64,000 nt of DNA from Octopus sinensis (taxonomy: Eukaryota). Positions 47,069-61,960 of this stretch are shown here, one piece after another. The translations under genes and the position numbers were made by a program. The stretch spans positions 335,440 through 399,439 of the forward strand of contig NW_021836134.1 of the NCBI RefSeq assembly GCF_006345805.1, written 5' to 3'. Position 1 is the first letter of the stretch, and every line of letters begins with the position of its first letter. Under the pieces are notes generated by a model. That model did no database searches. It was not told the origin of the DNA and worked only from the letters and a program-made list of their open reading frames with translations.

Positions 47069-48699
47069 TAATAGGAGATACAGTGCTGCTGAAACACGAT
47101 AGGGATGATAACCCTGTTAACCGTAGATACCCATTATATGACGAACTGAATATAAATAAGTAAGCAGTTTCAGAAAAATTTGAAACTACGGGTACTATTA
47201 GTAAAAATAAAGATAATGAACATAATATAATCGGAAAAATAAAAACAAACAAAAAAGAGAATTGAATGAATAAAGATAATGTGTTTAGAAAGTTCAAAAT
47301 ATGTAGAAGAAGCGACAGATTAATGGAATAAAATGAAAAAATATCACAAAATGATGAAATTTCAGATAATCTAATAATTAAAAGAGACTGCATCAACAAA
47401 TATTCCTTCTGAATCCAATTACATTAAAAATAAAGTAAAGAAAAATAATAAAAAGAGTACAACAAAGTAAAACATAAACGTGATCACATGTGTGTAATTT
47501 ATTAGGTTTTCCATTAAAAATTAAGATAATTAAACAAATATTAATAAAAAATAAACTTTATTTTTATTAAAACCAATTTAAATGCCAGTGGAATCTCTCC
47601 AGATCTTTCGATTTATCTGTTCATCAAAAAGCGCCAAATCTGAAATTTGAACAAATAAACTAATATTTATGGAACTGAACGAATAATTTTAATGATTGGC
47701 TGACAAAATAATGTTTTATACAAAAAAATTTCATCATACGCGAGTGACCTACTTTTTCAGAACATAACGATTGTCTCTTGTCATCATTTTAATAATATTT
47801 ATAAAACTATTTTCATTGTTAAATTATTTAATTTTTAATGGCAACCTAATAAATTATGACATGCTTTTGATTTACTTTGTTGTACTGTTACTATTATTTA
47901 GTTCTGCTTTATTTTTTTATTACTTGGATTCAGAAGGATATTTTGTGATTTAATTTCTTTTGAATAAGTTATCTGAAATTTCATCATTTTTGTGGTATTT
48001 CCCGATTTTAATTTCCTAATCTGAATGAAAATTTTAATGGGTGTTTTTTTTAATGATTTCACGTTTTTCTTTATCATATTTATAAACGATTTTTTGATAC
48101 AAATCTTTATATTTTTCAAAAGATTCATTTTGTGCACAATTGGAACTAATCCATCTTTTAATGCTCCTAAAGATAAATTTTCAAATTGCTTGCATCTCTA
48201 CTTGACCCTGAATCCATTGTATTTTATCGAGTTTATTTTAATTATTTTTAAATTATTGAACAGTATACTTATACGTTTGATTCTTGTGCGATAATTTTAT
48301 TTTTTACAATTTAAGCCTATTTTTTAATTCGTTTCCTTGTAATATTTATGATCGCCGTCGATCGAATGTGTTTCAAAATTAAAGAATGCTATTGCTTAGA
48401 TGGGGTCCCATTAGGGAATTATGGATTGTTGTAATGTGGCCAATCCGTTAAATTATTTTCAAAATTAAGAGTTTTCGACACCACAAGAACCATTATAAGC
48501 ACGCTGTTAAATATATATGCTGTGACTCATGCCATTATTTTACTAAATATTGATTCGTATATTATTGCCCGGGAACACAGAAAGAGGAATAGTAATCGTC
48601 TAATTAAGTGATCCCGGTGTCATTGCGTCTCCTTTTATCATTGTCTCGAATTCTTAATCAACGTCCAAAAGGGGGATGGTTTTTTAAAAATTTTTAACA

Positions 48700-48960
48700 C
48701 ATTTCTCATAAGCAAGATACTCCTCTTCAAGGGGACCTCCGGTATATCTTGCCATTGTTAAGAAGATGTGCTGTCTTTCTGTAAGATGGTCCATTAATTT
48801 TTTAATGTATAGCACTTTTCTCAGTTCCGAAGTAGTCGTCATTTTATCACGTTTCATTAAAATCCGTAAGCACTGGTTCTGTACAATTTCCAGTTTGTTT
48901 TGTGCTTTACATATTTCATATATTCACTGTATGTTATATTTTGATTGATTCGGGGTACTA
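48700..48960 (-). mobile_element. LINE post-RT fragment
   Basis: QNKLEIVQNQCLRILMK. Confidence 0.5.
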
Positions 48961-49299
48961 TCAGTTATTAATGGTGTTTTTCTCGTAACAGTATCCATTG
49001 CTTAGTGTTATTATTCTAGCAATGTTTTGTATTGTTGATAGGACAACATTCATTGTCAAATATCTGATTTGTCATCAGCTTTATAATAAACGAAGACATT
49101 GTTGTTAGTTGCTCCACTTTTGAAATATTGTTTTTCCAATATTTTCCTCTTGATGAAAAATTCCGGACATTTGATGAATCGTTATTTTTATTATTAACTT
49201 TTCAAAATGTTGTGAATAAAGCAGAAAAACAATTTTTATGACAAAAAATTCCGAAAAAATGTCAAAACATATTAGTACGGTATATGTTTTCCTTTTGGT

Positions 49300-49585
49300 T
49301 TGAATAACTCTAAACTACGATTTTTCATCGAATTTATCAATTTTAATGTACTCCATTGGATTTTGATTTTAAATTTTGAGTATTTTATCCTTTTGTTCTT
49401 CGTTATTTTGTTCTCAATTTTCAATTTTTTCCTTCAATAATTCATATTTTATTTTAGCCCAAATGTTTTCAATTGGATTCATGTCCGGAGATTGTGTCGG
49501 CCAATCGAATAAATTAGTTTTATTTGCGGATGAACATTCCATTATTGCATTTGAAGTATGACATGGGGAATTGTCTTTATTTTAT
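49300..49585 (-). mobile_element. Tc1 transposase C-terminal fragment
   Basis: DNSPCHTS...DWPTQSPDMNPIENIW. Confidence 0.8.
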
Positions 49586-51239
49586 TTAACCGCCGAGATT
49601 ACGATAGAGATTAAACAAAACTCACGTGATCCCGATGTACTCGATCAGGGACCTCATCTTCGCGATAACAAAGTCACGTCTTGCTGAAATATGTCGCTGT
49701 TTAGCCTCATTTTAAACACCAAGGATATCAGAAATTCTTCTATAACAAAAATTTTGCTGACAGTTGGATATAATTTGTCCCTGGCAGTTGATAAGGAATC
49801 AGCGGCGAAAATGACTGGAATTCTGCGAATTCTTTGTTCCGGGCAACCGGAAAGAGGAAATCTTTAACAGATGGAATGATTGGCGAGGAATGGTTGGGCA
49901 GAGAAGCGTTGGCCGCATAGGGTGTTCCTTCGCACCCCATTGAAGGTTTGAGAGAGTGACTTGAGCATGAGAGGCATGATGGATACAGCAAGTTTGGAAT
50001 CTTTATGGCGGCCTCTTTCTAGATTTTAAGGCAGTTTAGATGGAAGTACTGATGGCATAGCGAATCTGAAACCGTTCTTCATGTGGTTGGAGGAGAGGCA
50101 ACTTTTGCAAGGGACGGCCTCATGCAGGCATGAATACAAGATAGACAGTGAGACATGGAGTGAGAAAAGGGTACGATAGATTGGTACAATGGAATACAAT
50201 CAAATGAAAAAAGAATAGATTGTTACAATTATATACAGTTTAATGAAAAAATCAATGGATGAAAGAATGAAATACAATGATAGAACAATGATATAATAAT
50301 GCACCACAATAAAAACGTACAATTTTAGAGCACTGCACACCTTCTCATCATTTTCTTAATGTTGTTTTCATAGATATGTAATTTTTCAATAAAAGGCATG
50401 ATAATTCTTTGCACATTTATTAAACTAATTTTGTTTCCTTGCAAGCTAATATTTACTTCATTCACTTTATGAAAATGTCAGCTAGATAAACTATCAGTTT
50501 TCAATAAAATCAATTTACTAAAATAATAAAGTAATAACCATTAACTAAAGACGAAGTAAGAGTATTTTATTCTTACCTATTCTTTTGCGCATCTGTTGAA
50601 TAAAGATGTGACTAGTATTGTTTTTTTGAAAAAAGGAATCCATTAGTATTTTTTAAAATAATTTAATAATTGACTCTTTTAACTATAATATCTAAAGTTT
50701 TCGAATTTTTGAGCCGCTAAAACCATGTTTTGTGCTTTTAATTGTTATTAAAAAGCACGTTCACAGAACCATTATTATTAAAAAGTCAATTTAATTGACC
50801 TTAAAATTTTAAAAATTGACTGAAAATTAACCTAAGAAATATATTACTTTATTTTTATATATAGACTACTCTTATGAAAATCTAAGGTAATTTTATACAT
50901 CTTTTATCAAGTTACTAACAATCAAGTAATATTTTACTTTATTCGATTTTAAATTTCCATTCTTTGTTAAGATTTGTTTAGAATCCACTGCGCACGATGT
51001 AGCCTAATATTCAACCAAGAAAGAATACTGCGAAGGTGAAATACGATGATCATTGAAATTCATTATTTTTGTAAAATCATTAGAATTTGACCTTGTTTAA
51101 TATAATTTTTTATTCCACATTCAGTGGGTCAAATTAGTCTTGGGAGACTTTTTTATTTTTAATGAAATTTTATTTTCTATAACATAACTGTTTTTAAATA
51201 AGTTTTTCAAAAAGTATAAAGTGAATCAGTACTAACCGT

Positions 51240-52190
51240 TTTACGGTGGGACAATTATGTTTATGTGAGAAGACTCGCGAAAATTATTGTATGGCAATTA
51301 AGAAAGAAATTATGAACGTAAATATGAAAAATCCCCTTGCAGTGGTTTGGGATTCAGTGGCTGAAGAAATAAAGAAAGTATGTTTGGATGTGCTTGGGAA
51401 AAAAACCGTCCGCATTCAAAAAATTATTTGATAACGAAATTGAACTTTTATCTGATAACTAGAAGAAAATAAGACTTAATATGGAATCTACGACAGATCA
51501 TGATACTTATAACTTGCTAAGAAAAGAAAGGAGTCGTGTTGTCAGGGAGATCAAAAAAAGAAAGAAGGAAATTTATGTCAGAAAAATACATGAAAGTGGC
51601 AGTAAAAATGAGAGGATGGGATATGGAAAGAAAATGTTTCGTGCTGTTCGCCTTTTGCAGAGAGGAGTGCAACCTAAGAATATTTGTATTCACGACAGTT
51701 AAGGAAGAAATTATTGGATAATAAAGAAAAAACTGGGTTATTGCTGAATACATTTCGTCAAAAAATGATCAGGAACTTGCATCTGTTTTGGAGAAAATTC
51801 CGGACGAATTTGAGAGATGGTGTTCGCAGGTTAATCAAGAAAAGACTGAACACATAAGAGAATTGAAATATATTGATGAAAGTTGGAGGAAAAAAGAAAT
51901 TGGATCATTACTTGGTGATAGTGAAGACATGAGAGTTTTAGCCTCTGCAATGTACAAGAAAATGCAAAAGATATGGAATCATCGAAAACTTCAAAAAACA
52001 AACATCAAGCTAAAGCTGTACAAAGCATATAAAAACCAGTTCTCATGTACAACTCGGGTACCTCGGGTGTCATAGAGGCAGAGTTACATAAAATAGACAC
52101 GTTTCACAGAAAATAACTACGCAATCTACTGGGCCTAGAATGGCCAAAAAAGATTCCTAACGGAAATTATACGCTATGACACGATTGTTC
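51240..52190 (+). mobile_element. RTE-like LINE remnant with RT core deleted
   Basis: WDSVAEEIKKVCLDVLGK linker; KIWNHRKL.KTNIKLKLYKA; IDTFHRK.LRNLLGLEWPKKI. Confidence 0.7.
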
Positions 52191-52248
52191 ATTAAATAAA
52201 CATTCTGTCGCTCATTTAATAAGCAAAGAATCTCCTTTTAGAGATATG

Positions 52249-54193
52249 TCTTAATATAAAATGGTATGGTGTGTGTCTGTCTGTCTGTGTGTCTGTCTGT
52301 CTGTGTGTGCACACCAACTTCAAATTGGCAATACGATGTCCTCGACTTACATGATGAGGTCCTTAAAACTTCTCCCCAAAAAAAATTAAAAAAAAATTTT
52401 CTGCATTTTGGTTAAAATGAACAACTACAATGTCCTCGACTTACATGATGAAGTCCTTAAAACCTTCTCCCAAAAAAAATTAAAAAAAATTTTCTGCATT
52501 TGGTTAAAATGAACAACTACAATGTCCTCGACTTACATGATGAAGTCCTTAAAACCTTCCCCCAAAAAAAATTAAAAAAAAAATTTTCTGCATTTTGGTT
52601 AAAATGAACAACTACAATGTCCTCGACTTACATGATGAAGTCCTTAAACCTTCCCCCCCAAAAAAATTAAAAAAAATTTTCTGCATTTTGGTTAAAATGA
52701 ACAACTACAATGTCCTCGACTTACATGATGAAGTCCTTAAAACCTTCCCCCAAAAAAAATTAAAAAAAAATTTTCTGCATTTTGGTTAAAATGAACAACT
52801 ACAATGTCCTCGACTTACATGATGAAGTCCTTAAAACCTTCCCCCCCAAAAAAATTAAAAAAAAATTTCTGCATTTTGGTTAAAATGAACAACTACAATG
52901 TCCTCAACTTACATGATGAAGTCCTTAAAACCTTCCCCCCAAAAAAAATTAAAAAAAAATTTTCTGCATTTTGGTTAAAATGAACAACTACAATGTCCTC
53001 GACTTACATGATGAAGTCCTTAAAACCTTTCCCCCAAAAAATCAAAAAATTATTTTCTGCATTTTGATTAAAATGAACAACGCGAATGTCCTCGACATTC
53101 ATGATGAGGTCCATTAAAACCTTCAAGGCAATAATCTCACGTATTAAGAATATCCTTGATGAAAACGACAGCGAGAAATTAACAATGATGAACTCCCAAT
53201 TATTCGCGATAAAGAAATTCAATTCATCCTATGTTTTCTCTTTAAAATTAAATGCATATATCATTATCGACCATGAATCAAAATTAAAGCTATTATCATA
53301 TTTGACTTTGACAGAATGTGCAATCACAGATTGCACGACTTTGAATAGAGTGTGCAAGTAACAGATTTAGAAAAACCACTTTGATAGTTGAAACCACATT
53401 AGCACAATCATTAACACAATTTACCACCAATTGACGCACGACCTTGAATAGAGTGTGCAATTAACAGATTTTGAAAAACACTTTGATAGTTGAAACCACA
53501 TTAGCACAACCATTAACACAATTTACCACCAATTGACAGCGCAATCAGAAGAATTTGCGTAAAAATATTAACTATTTACTTGAGTTTTTCGTAAAGATAG
53601 AATTTATTTTCGGTATGCCTCTTTTCCTAAACTTTTTTATTATTCAAAAATAATTTTTTAAATAGATAACCGAAGGAGGAAAAACGAAGCTGAAGAAAAA
53701 ACGGTCAGCTTAATAAGGTAATTAATTAAATCTTTTTTGTGTGTCGCTTTCTTGCCTGCCGCATTTCCGCCTGCCGTATCTCCCCCTGCCCCATTTCCGC
53801 CAGTAAAAAATAAAAAAAGAAAAAAGGAAATTACAAAGGAAAAATGAAAAAATTAAATATAAAAAAAATAAACCACAAAAAATGAAAAAAAAGTTTGCAA
53901 TGACAATAAACAAGGCCCAGGGACAGTCATTAAAGGTAGTTGGGTTATTTTAGAGAGTGAGTGCTTTTCACATGGACAGCTGTATGTGGGATGCTCGAGG
54001 GTAGGCAGAAGAGAAAATTTATTCATATATGCCAAGGAAGGACGGACGACAAACATCGTTTATCAACAGGCGATAGAATAGGGTTACATTAAACCAGGTA
54101 GTTTTATACATCTACATAAACTTATAGTTGTTTGATGAAACAGGCCCTCCGCAGGAGCTAGGTCGCGGTGAGCGAAGCGAGCTGCCGAGCTAG
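52249..54193 (+). mobile_element. Non-autonomous Helitron-like element, copy C, no LINE
   Basis: 5' TCTTAATATAAAATGG + (GTCT)n; 3' CTCC-GCA-GGAG and GCGAAGC hairpins then CTAG|T; base before TC is G rather than canonical A. Confidence 0.72.
52330..53110 (-). repeat. ~93-bp tandem repeat, 8 units plus one diverged unit
   Basis: Reverse complement of the 3826-4330 array. Confidence 0.95.
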
Positions 54194-56559
54194 TACTCTA
54201 TAAGTTAGTAAAAGATTATTACAATAATTCAGAAATGTCACGCCGATTATTTTAAATTTATTTTGACTCTTAAAATTATGATATGATTACATTTTAAATT
54301 TGTATTTAAAATTGACCTAATCGACCTAACAAACTTTTTATAAAAACTCTTTTGGATATTTATTTAAGTAATAACTATTTTTAGACTAAAGTCTAACTCT
54401 GAATTGAAATTGACTTTATTGACTTATGTTGCTCTAATTTATAACTAAATTCGTTTCATCAAATCCTGCGGCTTTTAAGATATTGAAATTAAATATTCTA
54501 TAATTTTAAGATTAATAACTAAGAAAATTTAAGTTTAATATGTTATAAAAATTTTTAATGTTAAATTCGAGCATAGGTAGCGCTCGCGACATAATCTTAT
54601 TCAGTCTTTTTTCTTCACGGCAGTACAACAATTAGTTTTCACATTGTAGAAACACCTTTTTAAAAAAATTTCTGTTTTTTAACTTAGAAAAAGAAAGTGA
54701 AAATTCCGAAAAAAAGCCATCCGAGACAGATAGGATAAAAATGACTCGTCAAAAAGTCTTTCCTAATTTATATATTCGAGCCTCGATTCAATTTTTAACA
54801 AAAACAGCAAGGGGTTATTATTAAGAAATCGAAGGTGACAAAGATAGCCATTGTGGATAAACTATAAAATTTTTGTTTTCGCAGAGAAATAAGGCCTATT
54901 AGCTTGTTTTGTAGTTTTTAAGAGTATGGAATTAGCTTACAATAATAAAGCTTTTGATGATATTAAAATAATGTTTATAAATTGCGAAGACTTTCAACGC
55001 TGTGAGGACTACACAATTTGCAAAGTTTAACTTTGTCTTTTTCAGTCAGGTCATTGAAGCAACCCTCAATTCTCTGTACTTTGTTAGAAACTTTTCTGCG
55101 TAATTTGTTCCCGACACATAAAATAAGTTCAAAACAGATTGAAAGAAAGTTTTGTTTAAGATTTATTAAATTTATTAAATCAATAGTTTGTTGAATCAAA
55201 AAATAGACTTGAACTTCAAATTTCATAAAATTTTGAATCACAATTTGAAAAATCAACATCATCTTGATAACTGTAGAAATTATTTTCTGGCCACAAAGAG
55301 TAATCTGGGATCAAACTTTTTTGGGATGAATATAAATTATCTAAATCATTGGATTTGTTGAACAACAAATTGGCCATAACTGGTTCGTCAAAAAATGCAA
55401 GTGTGCTTTCACCAAAAATGTCTAAATTGTTTTTTACCGAAGTATAAATAAATAAAAATATTCACGACAAAGCGATATTTTAAAATTTAGCATATTCAAT
55501 CGATTTTCTACGATTTTTGAAGTCTTCGTTTATTTTCTCGACATTTTTTAGCAGACTAAGAAAATCAATTAATATATATACTTCATTATTTTAAATCTTT
55601 TAAAGTAATAAACATCATCCTTTTCAGATTCTTTTTGAAATACGAGGGCGTCTTCGAGGTTTTGTGTCTGATAGAAACAGAAACTGGTCTATGATTAAAA
55701 ACAGGCAATAAACTTGAATCGCACATTTATTCTATTTCTGCAAAAGTTACTTATATAGTATTTTATTATATAATGTTCATAGAAAACACTCATCCGTATC
55801 CGTTACTTATGAAAATTTTTATATAATAATATCAATAATTTGATTTCAAGTATTCAAAAATCACTTAAATTTTATCAAATGCTATTTTTTGTTATTAAAA
55901 ATCACAGATTGAGAAATTTGTTAGATTTTTTCGCATAAAGAGTTATTTTATAATTAATTAAAAAAATGCTTTTGAAAGAATGTTAGAAAATTATATTTGA
56001 AACTTCCAAATAGTATAAAAACAGTAAAAAAGTATAAAAACCTAGATGTGTTTTAAAAATAACTTTCTTTATAAAACATGATCATGGGGACGTCAGAAGG
56101 AGAATCGAGGATACCCAACTAAGGCCGTAAAGATAAACTGAACGTTCGATTTATGATAACAAACGCTCCGGAACGGTTCCTTTGGAGGATCTGATCAATC
56201 AGAACTCCGTATTAACGGCTAATGTCGCGACAATATCGATCGGCCGTCTGGTGCGATCTGTTGTGGGCTCGTGGAAAGTTTACCGAGCGGGGATGAGCTC
56301 CCTGGTGGCGTCATCGGGATCGCATGACTATTTGTCCGGTTACTATTGCGGTCTTTGTGTTTAAACAAATAATATAGCCAAATTAAAATTTTATGTTATT
56401 TTACCGATTTATGTTATTTTACCGTTTCTTTAAGTTTTAATGAAAATTGAAAGAAAATGATTATTGATACCCAAACAAACACATCTCTTCAAAATTTTAT
56501 AAAAACAAATAAAAGAATAATTTTTTGAATTTAAAATTGTTCTAACTCAAATTGCAAAT

Positions 56560-57519
56560 GAATTTAAGATTGTTCTAACTCCCTCCCCGAAGGGAAATTG
56601 TCTGAAGTTTACTCTGCAGCCCGTGGTCGGTGGGAGGCTCGGTTGGTTCGAAGCTGCCCAACTCTCAATCTGTACAGCGCCAATGGGACGAAATCTCTTG
56701 TCAGGCAATCTTCGAAGGCCTGCTTCCTGTCTCCAATCAACACCGTGTCGCTTGCCTCCGTGCAGGTCGCTGTGAAAGCAGCGGTGTCTGGTTAAAGGCT
56801 CTCCCTCTCCCTTCCATCGGGAACCTGTTGGACAAGGAATGCCTAAGAATTGCAATCTCCCTCCGTGTCGGGCTGAAAATCTGCCAGTCGCACAAATGCC
56901 GTTGTGGGGGAACTGTTGACGAGTACGGTTTGCGATTCGGTTTGCCGGTGTGTCGTGCCCCCGTCACAGTGAACTCAACTCAGTCGTACAGAGAGCCCTC
57001 GCCTCAGCAGGCATCCCGTCTATCCTTGAACCTGTTGGATTGGATAGAGGGGATGGCAAACGCCCCTGACGGCATGTCCACCTTCCCCTACGAGCAGGGG
57101 AAATCCCTTATTTGGGATTCTACCTGCTCGGACACGTTCTCGCTGGAAATCTCGCGCTGTCCGCCGCCAATCCTGGGCACGCTTCCAGGCAGGCCGAGGA
57201 GCGAAAGATTCTCAAGTACGGCCACCTGTCCAACTCGCTGCTCTTTACTCCAATTGCCTTGGAGTCCTCCGGGATCTTCGGTCCCAAGACACTCCGCTTC
57301 CTTCGCTCGCTCGGTCGACGGATTTCAAGGACTAGTCACGATCCAAGAGAGTTTTCTTGGCTCCTGAACGTCTGTCGATTGCTGTGATCCGAGGGAACGT
57401 CTTCGCCATTCGCGCGGCTGGTCGGGTGTCTCGTGAGGCCTTTAACTAACTTAGCTATCTGTATTTTTGTCTTGTTTGTATAAATTAAATTTATTAGCTA
57501 AAAAAAAAAAAAAAAAAAA
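56560..57519 (+). mobile_element. 5'-truncated CRE-clade non-LTR element
   Basis: SGVWLKALP..IGNLLD, CRCG, PDG..FPYEQGKSLIWD, PIALES; poly(A) from 57500; 11-bp TSD AAATTGCAAAT (56549-56559, 57520-57530). Confidence 0.88.
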
Positions 57520-57837
57520 AAATTGCAAATATGTCCTAATTGATAAGAGAGGAAACAAATTTGTTGCAAAATTTTAATTATGTTGATAAAAGTTTTGAAA
57601 TTACAAATCTAGCCGAGGTGAAAAAACCAAAATGAGGTCATCCGATGAGTCATCAATTACGAGTGAAGATACAGAAACTCATCATTATTGATTTTAACAA
57701 ACACTCGTATTATTTGTTTAGAAATTTCGAATCCCATTTGTTTTACTACGCTTTCGGGATTAACAATTTCATTGTCATATAAATCTTATGATTCCACAGT
57801 TTATATCTTTAAATCGTGATTACTCAGTAGTGGAGTT

Positions 57838-59330
57838 ATGCAGGATTCAATTCTTGTTCGAACCTCTCCACCTTTCAGTAATTTATACGTAATAAAGCCT
57901 CCAATTTTCATTAATAACACCAATCATCGTAACAAGGAGCGACATTCATTTGTCAGTACGTATTCCAATCCGAATTCAACTACTCAAACAAAATACAGTC
58001 AAAATAATTTCATTAACAACATTCCAAATACAACTTTAGAGAAAACAAATAATATAAACCCAGTTCGAAATAAGTCAAAGAAAAACGATTTTATTGACAC
58101 CTGTCATGCAGTTGGCGCACTTTCAAACCCTTGTGATGAGACGAAGATCCGTGCTTTGCAGTTTCTTCTGAATGCTACAAATCAAAAACAACGTTTCTTT
58201 TCTAGAATACGGTATTTATTTTTTCAAGTTTGTCAGATTGTTTGGGGGGATTCAAAAACTATGCCATCTTCTACGTCATGAAAATTTAGCCATCCTGTCT
58301 CCCTTGCTTAAAATCCTAGATAACATGACTATCGAAGAGACGAAGAAGGTGAAAAAACCTGCGTAAAAAAACTTGTAAGTGAATTAGAAAATTGTAATGG
58401 AATCAATTACTATTCTGAGCAATTGATTTACTCTGAAAATGACAATTTTGAAATTGAGTTACAAGCCGCAATCATTCTAAAAACATATCTCAGTATCAGG
58501 CAAGATCATATCTAACAAATAGTGGACTCACATATCAATATTCGAGGCTATAATCGCTCTCTTGGAAAAGGTTGTACAAAATTTTGCTAACAATTTCTCC
58601 GACCCTAAAAAGAGAAAATTATGTTTAACTATTAACAAACCTCCTTTAAATCAAGTTCACTACTTACTGGAATGCCTTTTGTATCTAAACCGACTCTAAC
58701 GTTATCTAGAAATTGTTTGGAAGATGAATTGTGTCAATTCGCTCTATCTGAAAGAATTCTATTTAATAAAACATGTTGGAGGTGATAAAACTTGCAGTTA
58801 TATTTCGCAACATTAATCAAAGCACAGTGATCCTATTTATGAAATTTGAGATAATGTCTATTTTTATGAAAGTAAAATATCTTTCAGACAAACAGAAAGG
58901 CTTATTTTGTTTAATTTAGTTAATTTTAATTATAGTCTTAAACAAATGGCTAAGAAGAAAAGAAGAAGAAACTACCCAGATAATTCGTTGTAGCAAAGTA
59001 ATAATGTGACCAGATTGGCAATGTATTGGCTGAATAATGTGCAAGAAACTTTATTTATGTCTTATTAAAAGCTCTGAGCCACTATATGTAGAATATATAA
59101 TCGGAATATTTACTAATCTCATTGTGGGAGATCCAAAAGTAAGCATTCATTAGCATTTCTTAGTTTTCCTCTCAATTCAAAGAGAAGATGAAAGAAAATG
59201 ATGGATTATTTGCTATTCTTAATTTATTGAGTCTAGATTCTCCAGAAATGATGCTGGATATACTCTCTCTCCTAAGTATTTTGTCTCAGGATCCAGTTAT
59301 CGGAAGTATTCTTGGTCACCATTAATTCAA
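57838..59330 (+). CDS. Armadillo-repeat protein, spliced, with apparent indels
   Basis: IRLFGGIQKLCHLLRHENLAILSPLLKILDNM; NDGLFAILNLLSLDSPEMMLDILSLL; 24-25 nt introns. Confidence 0.5.
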
Positions 59331-60479
59331 AACGATATGCAGGTTTCATGGACTCAGGCGCGTTACAAGTTTAATGGATAAAATAACAAAATTTGAAAAG
59401 TTTGGCAAAAATGAAAAAATTGTTCACCTTTCATTAAATCTTTTCAACTTTATCTGAAACGGTCGAAAAATTATGGGCCTGAATTGTGTTTTTAAAGTTT
59501 CAATATTTATAGATTTTTTATTAAGTTTCGGGGAATACAAGTTTTGATTGAATTCAAAACAAATATAAAAATATTCAAAGGAGGTGGAAAAGGTAAACAT
59601 TTTTAAAAGTTTTGTAGATTCTGAAGTTATTTTTGAGAGATAAAAATATTCAAAACAACTTAAATGGCTTTAAAATCAATCATTATAAATGAAAAGTATT
59701 TTATGACGTATTTTATATTGATAGTATATCCAAGTTGAATCTATTAGTTTGAGGAAATCAATGAAAAATACAGACTTCAAAAACATTGGCGGTATTCTTC
59801 ATTCCACAAATATCATTTTAAGTGCTTCAATTTTTATTGATAAAATATTTTGTGTTATTTTGCAAATAAAAAAATAATTTTAAAAGAACAATTTTAAAAG
59901 ATCTCATATAAATACATTTTTTTTATTTTAAATACTTTTCTTACAATTTTTATTACAAATTTACAAATTGTATTTAAAAAATTCACAATTTACTTATAAT
60001 AAGACACTTACAAAGGCATTTAAAAAATAAAATTCATATAAAAGACTCTTTTCGAAATCTCGGAGTATCGACTTTGATTGCAAAGAAAAAGAAGATCAAC
60101 CCGAACCAAGTCTTCATAGGCCAGAATAGATGATTAATAAATTAGAGTTTAAGAACGTCTTTAAATTCATTTTTTATGTTCAGATTGATAATTGAGTAAT
60201 GATTACTAATTATATAAAATGTTTATCCGAACGGACATTTTAAATAAATTATAGGAATACTTTAAAATGAGTATTTCAACCAACAAGAAAATCTTAAAAA
60301 CAAATAAAATTAATATTTGTATTTACGAAAACAACAAACTTTCTAAACAAGCGACATTCCAAAGGTGTGCATTAGGTGGATCTGGGTTAAACTCTCAGTC
60401 GGAACAATTTAAAATAAGGTCATCGGGGAATAAATATTTAAAGGTGATTTACTTTTTGAGGGACGATAAAAACTTTATA

Positions 60480-60900
60480 CAATTTCATTGTCTCAACTGC
60501 CGAATTTTTGAGCGAACGTCGTGGGAAAGTGTGCGTCGGGAACGAGAGTTCAAAATCACCAGGGATCTCCTTTCTCCCGACCCTCTTCAACTTGTTTCTG
60601 AATGATCTCCCCGGTTCCTATGGAAAATAATGACATACTACTCTCCTATGCCGATGACATAGTTGTCGCATAGGAGATGTAAATGTCGAATACGCGAAGG
60701 AAAGACTACAAAGAATACTGGACGACTTATATGGATGGATATATGAAAACAGACTACATGCATGTTCCGAAAAGTCAGCAGTCACTCTATTCACCTCGTA
60801 GAGGCAAATGGGGGGATCGTGGAAATGGACCACAAACCATTCACCGTACATACAGAAAGTGTGTGGGGTCAGGTCGGAACATTGTGAAAAGATGCCTCGA
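60480..60900 (+). mobile_element. LINE RT fragment
   Basis: PTLFNLFLNDLP...LLSYADDIVV. Confidence 0.75.
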
Positions 60901-61246
60901 CTGTTAGAAGGTGGAATCACCTGAACGTGTTAGTAATGGTTAAGACGGTGATTTGTTTGGCCTAAATAATAATAATTGTCTCAACTGCCCCATTTCCAAT
61001 GCCAGCTCAACAAAAATAATCAAAAACAGAAATTCCTCTCAAAGCCTAACTAACATGTAAGCAATACCAAACTCGACTATTTCTAACATTAACTTTTGGG
61101 ACTTAAGTTTAATCCATGTCGAAGCTGAAAGAATTATCTCTTACCCTCCACATGAATCTAATTATAAAATTAGGTTCCACAATAAATTTGAAATATAATT
61201 ATATAATTTAATAATTTAGTTTTTGTTGTGCACTTGATTTTGACTG

Positions 61247-61960
61247 ATGGATTCTGAAATGAAATTTCTGAATTTTTTGATGCTGGACGAGACTTCTAAT
61301 TTAGAGGAAATAAATGAAGAAATTAATGTAGAATTATCACCAGAGGAATTAGATGTAAAATTATGAACAACATTCTAGAAACTAAAAAATGATATTCTCA
61401 AAGAAAAAAAGCATCGGAAATGAATTTTTCCAAACCAAAATACATTCAAGCCATAAATAAATATTCAGAAACTTTGAAGTTGTGTCCTTCGGAATATTTT
61501 CCGACATTAAAGCCAATTTATACCACAACACAGCAATCTCGTTAAAATTATCTTGTTATTAAACACAAAAATAAATATTTAGTCCCAAGACTCAGAAGCC
61601 ATCGAAAAATGTACCAATGCCTTGGAATTTGATCCAAATATCATCAAAGCTTATCTTCTGAGGGCAAAACTTTATGAAAAACCGAAAAATTGGAAGATGC
61701 TTTAAAAACTACAAAAAAAGTGTTGGAACTCGATCCAAAAACCAAGTCGCTCTTAAGGAAATTTTGAATTGCCCCCTCTGATTGAAACCAGGAACGAGAA
61801 ATTTAAAAACGGGAGGCAATGGGGTTTTGTTGGTGTATTAATTTGTTAGCTAAATTAAAAGAATTGGGAATATGGTTTTAAAACCATTTGGACGTCGACA
61901 GATAAACTTTAAATTTGATAAAGATAAGGAGGCGGGTATTCTGTCAATTTCCAAAAGTGA
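61247..61960 (+). CDS. TTC1: Tetratricopeptide repeat protein 1, with apparent 1-bp indels
   Basis: IGNEFF, LKLCPS, EAIEKCTNALEFDP..IKAYL, EKLEDALKNYKKVLELDP, LAKLKELGNMVLKPFG, GYSVNFQK. Confidence 0.8.
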
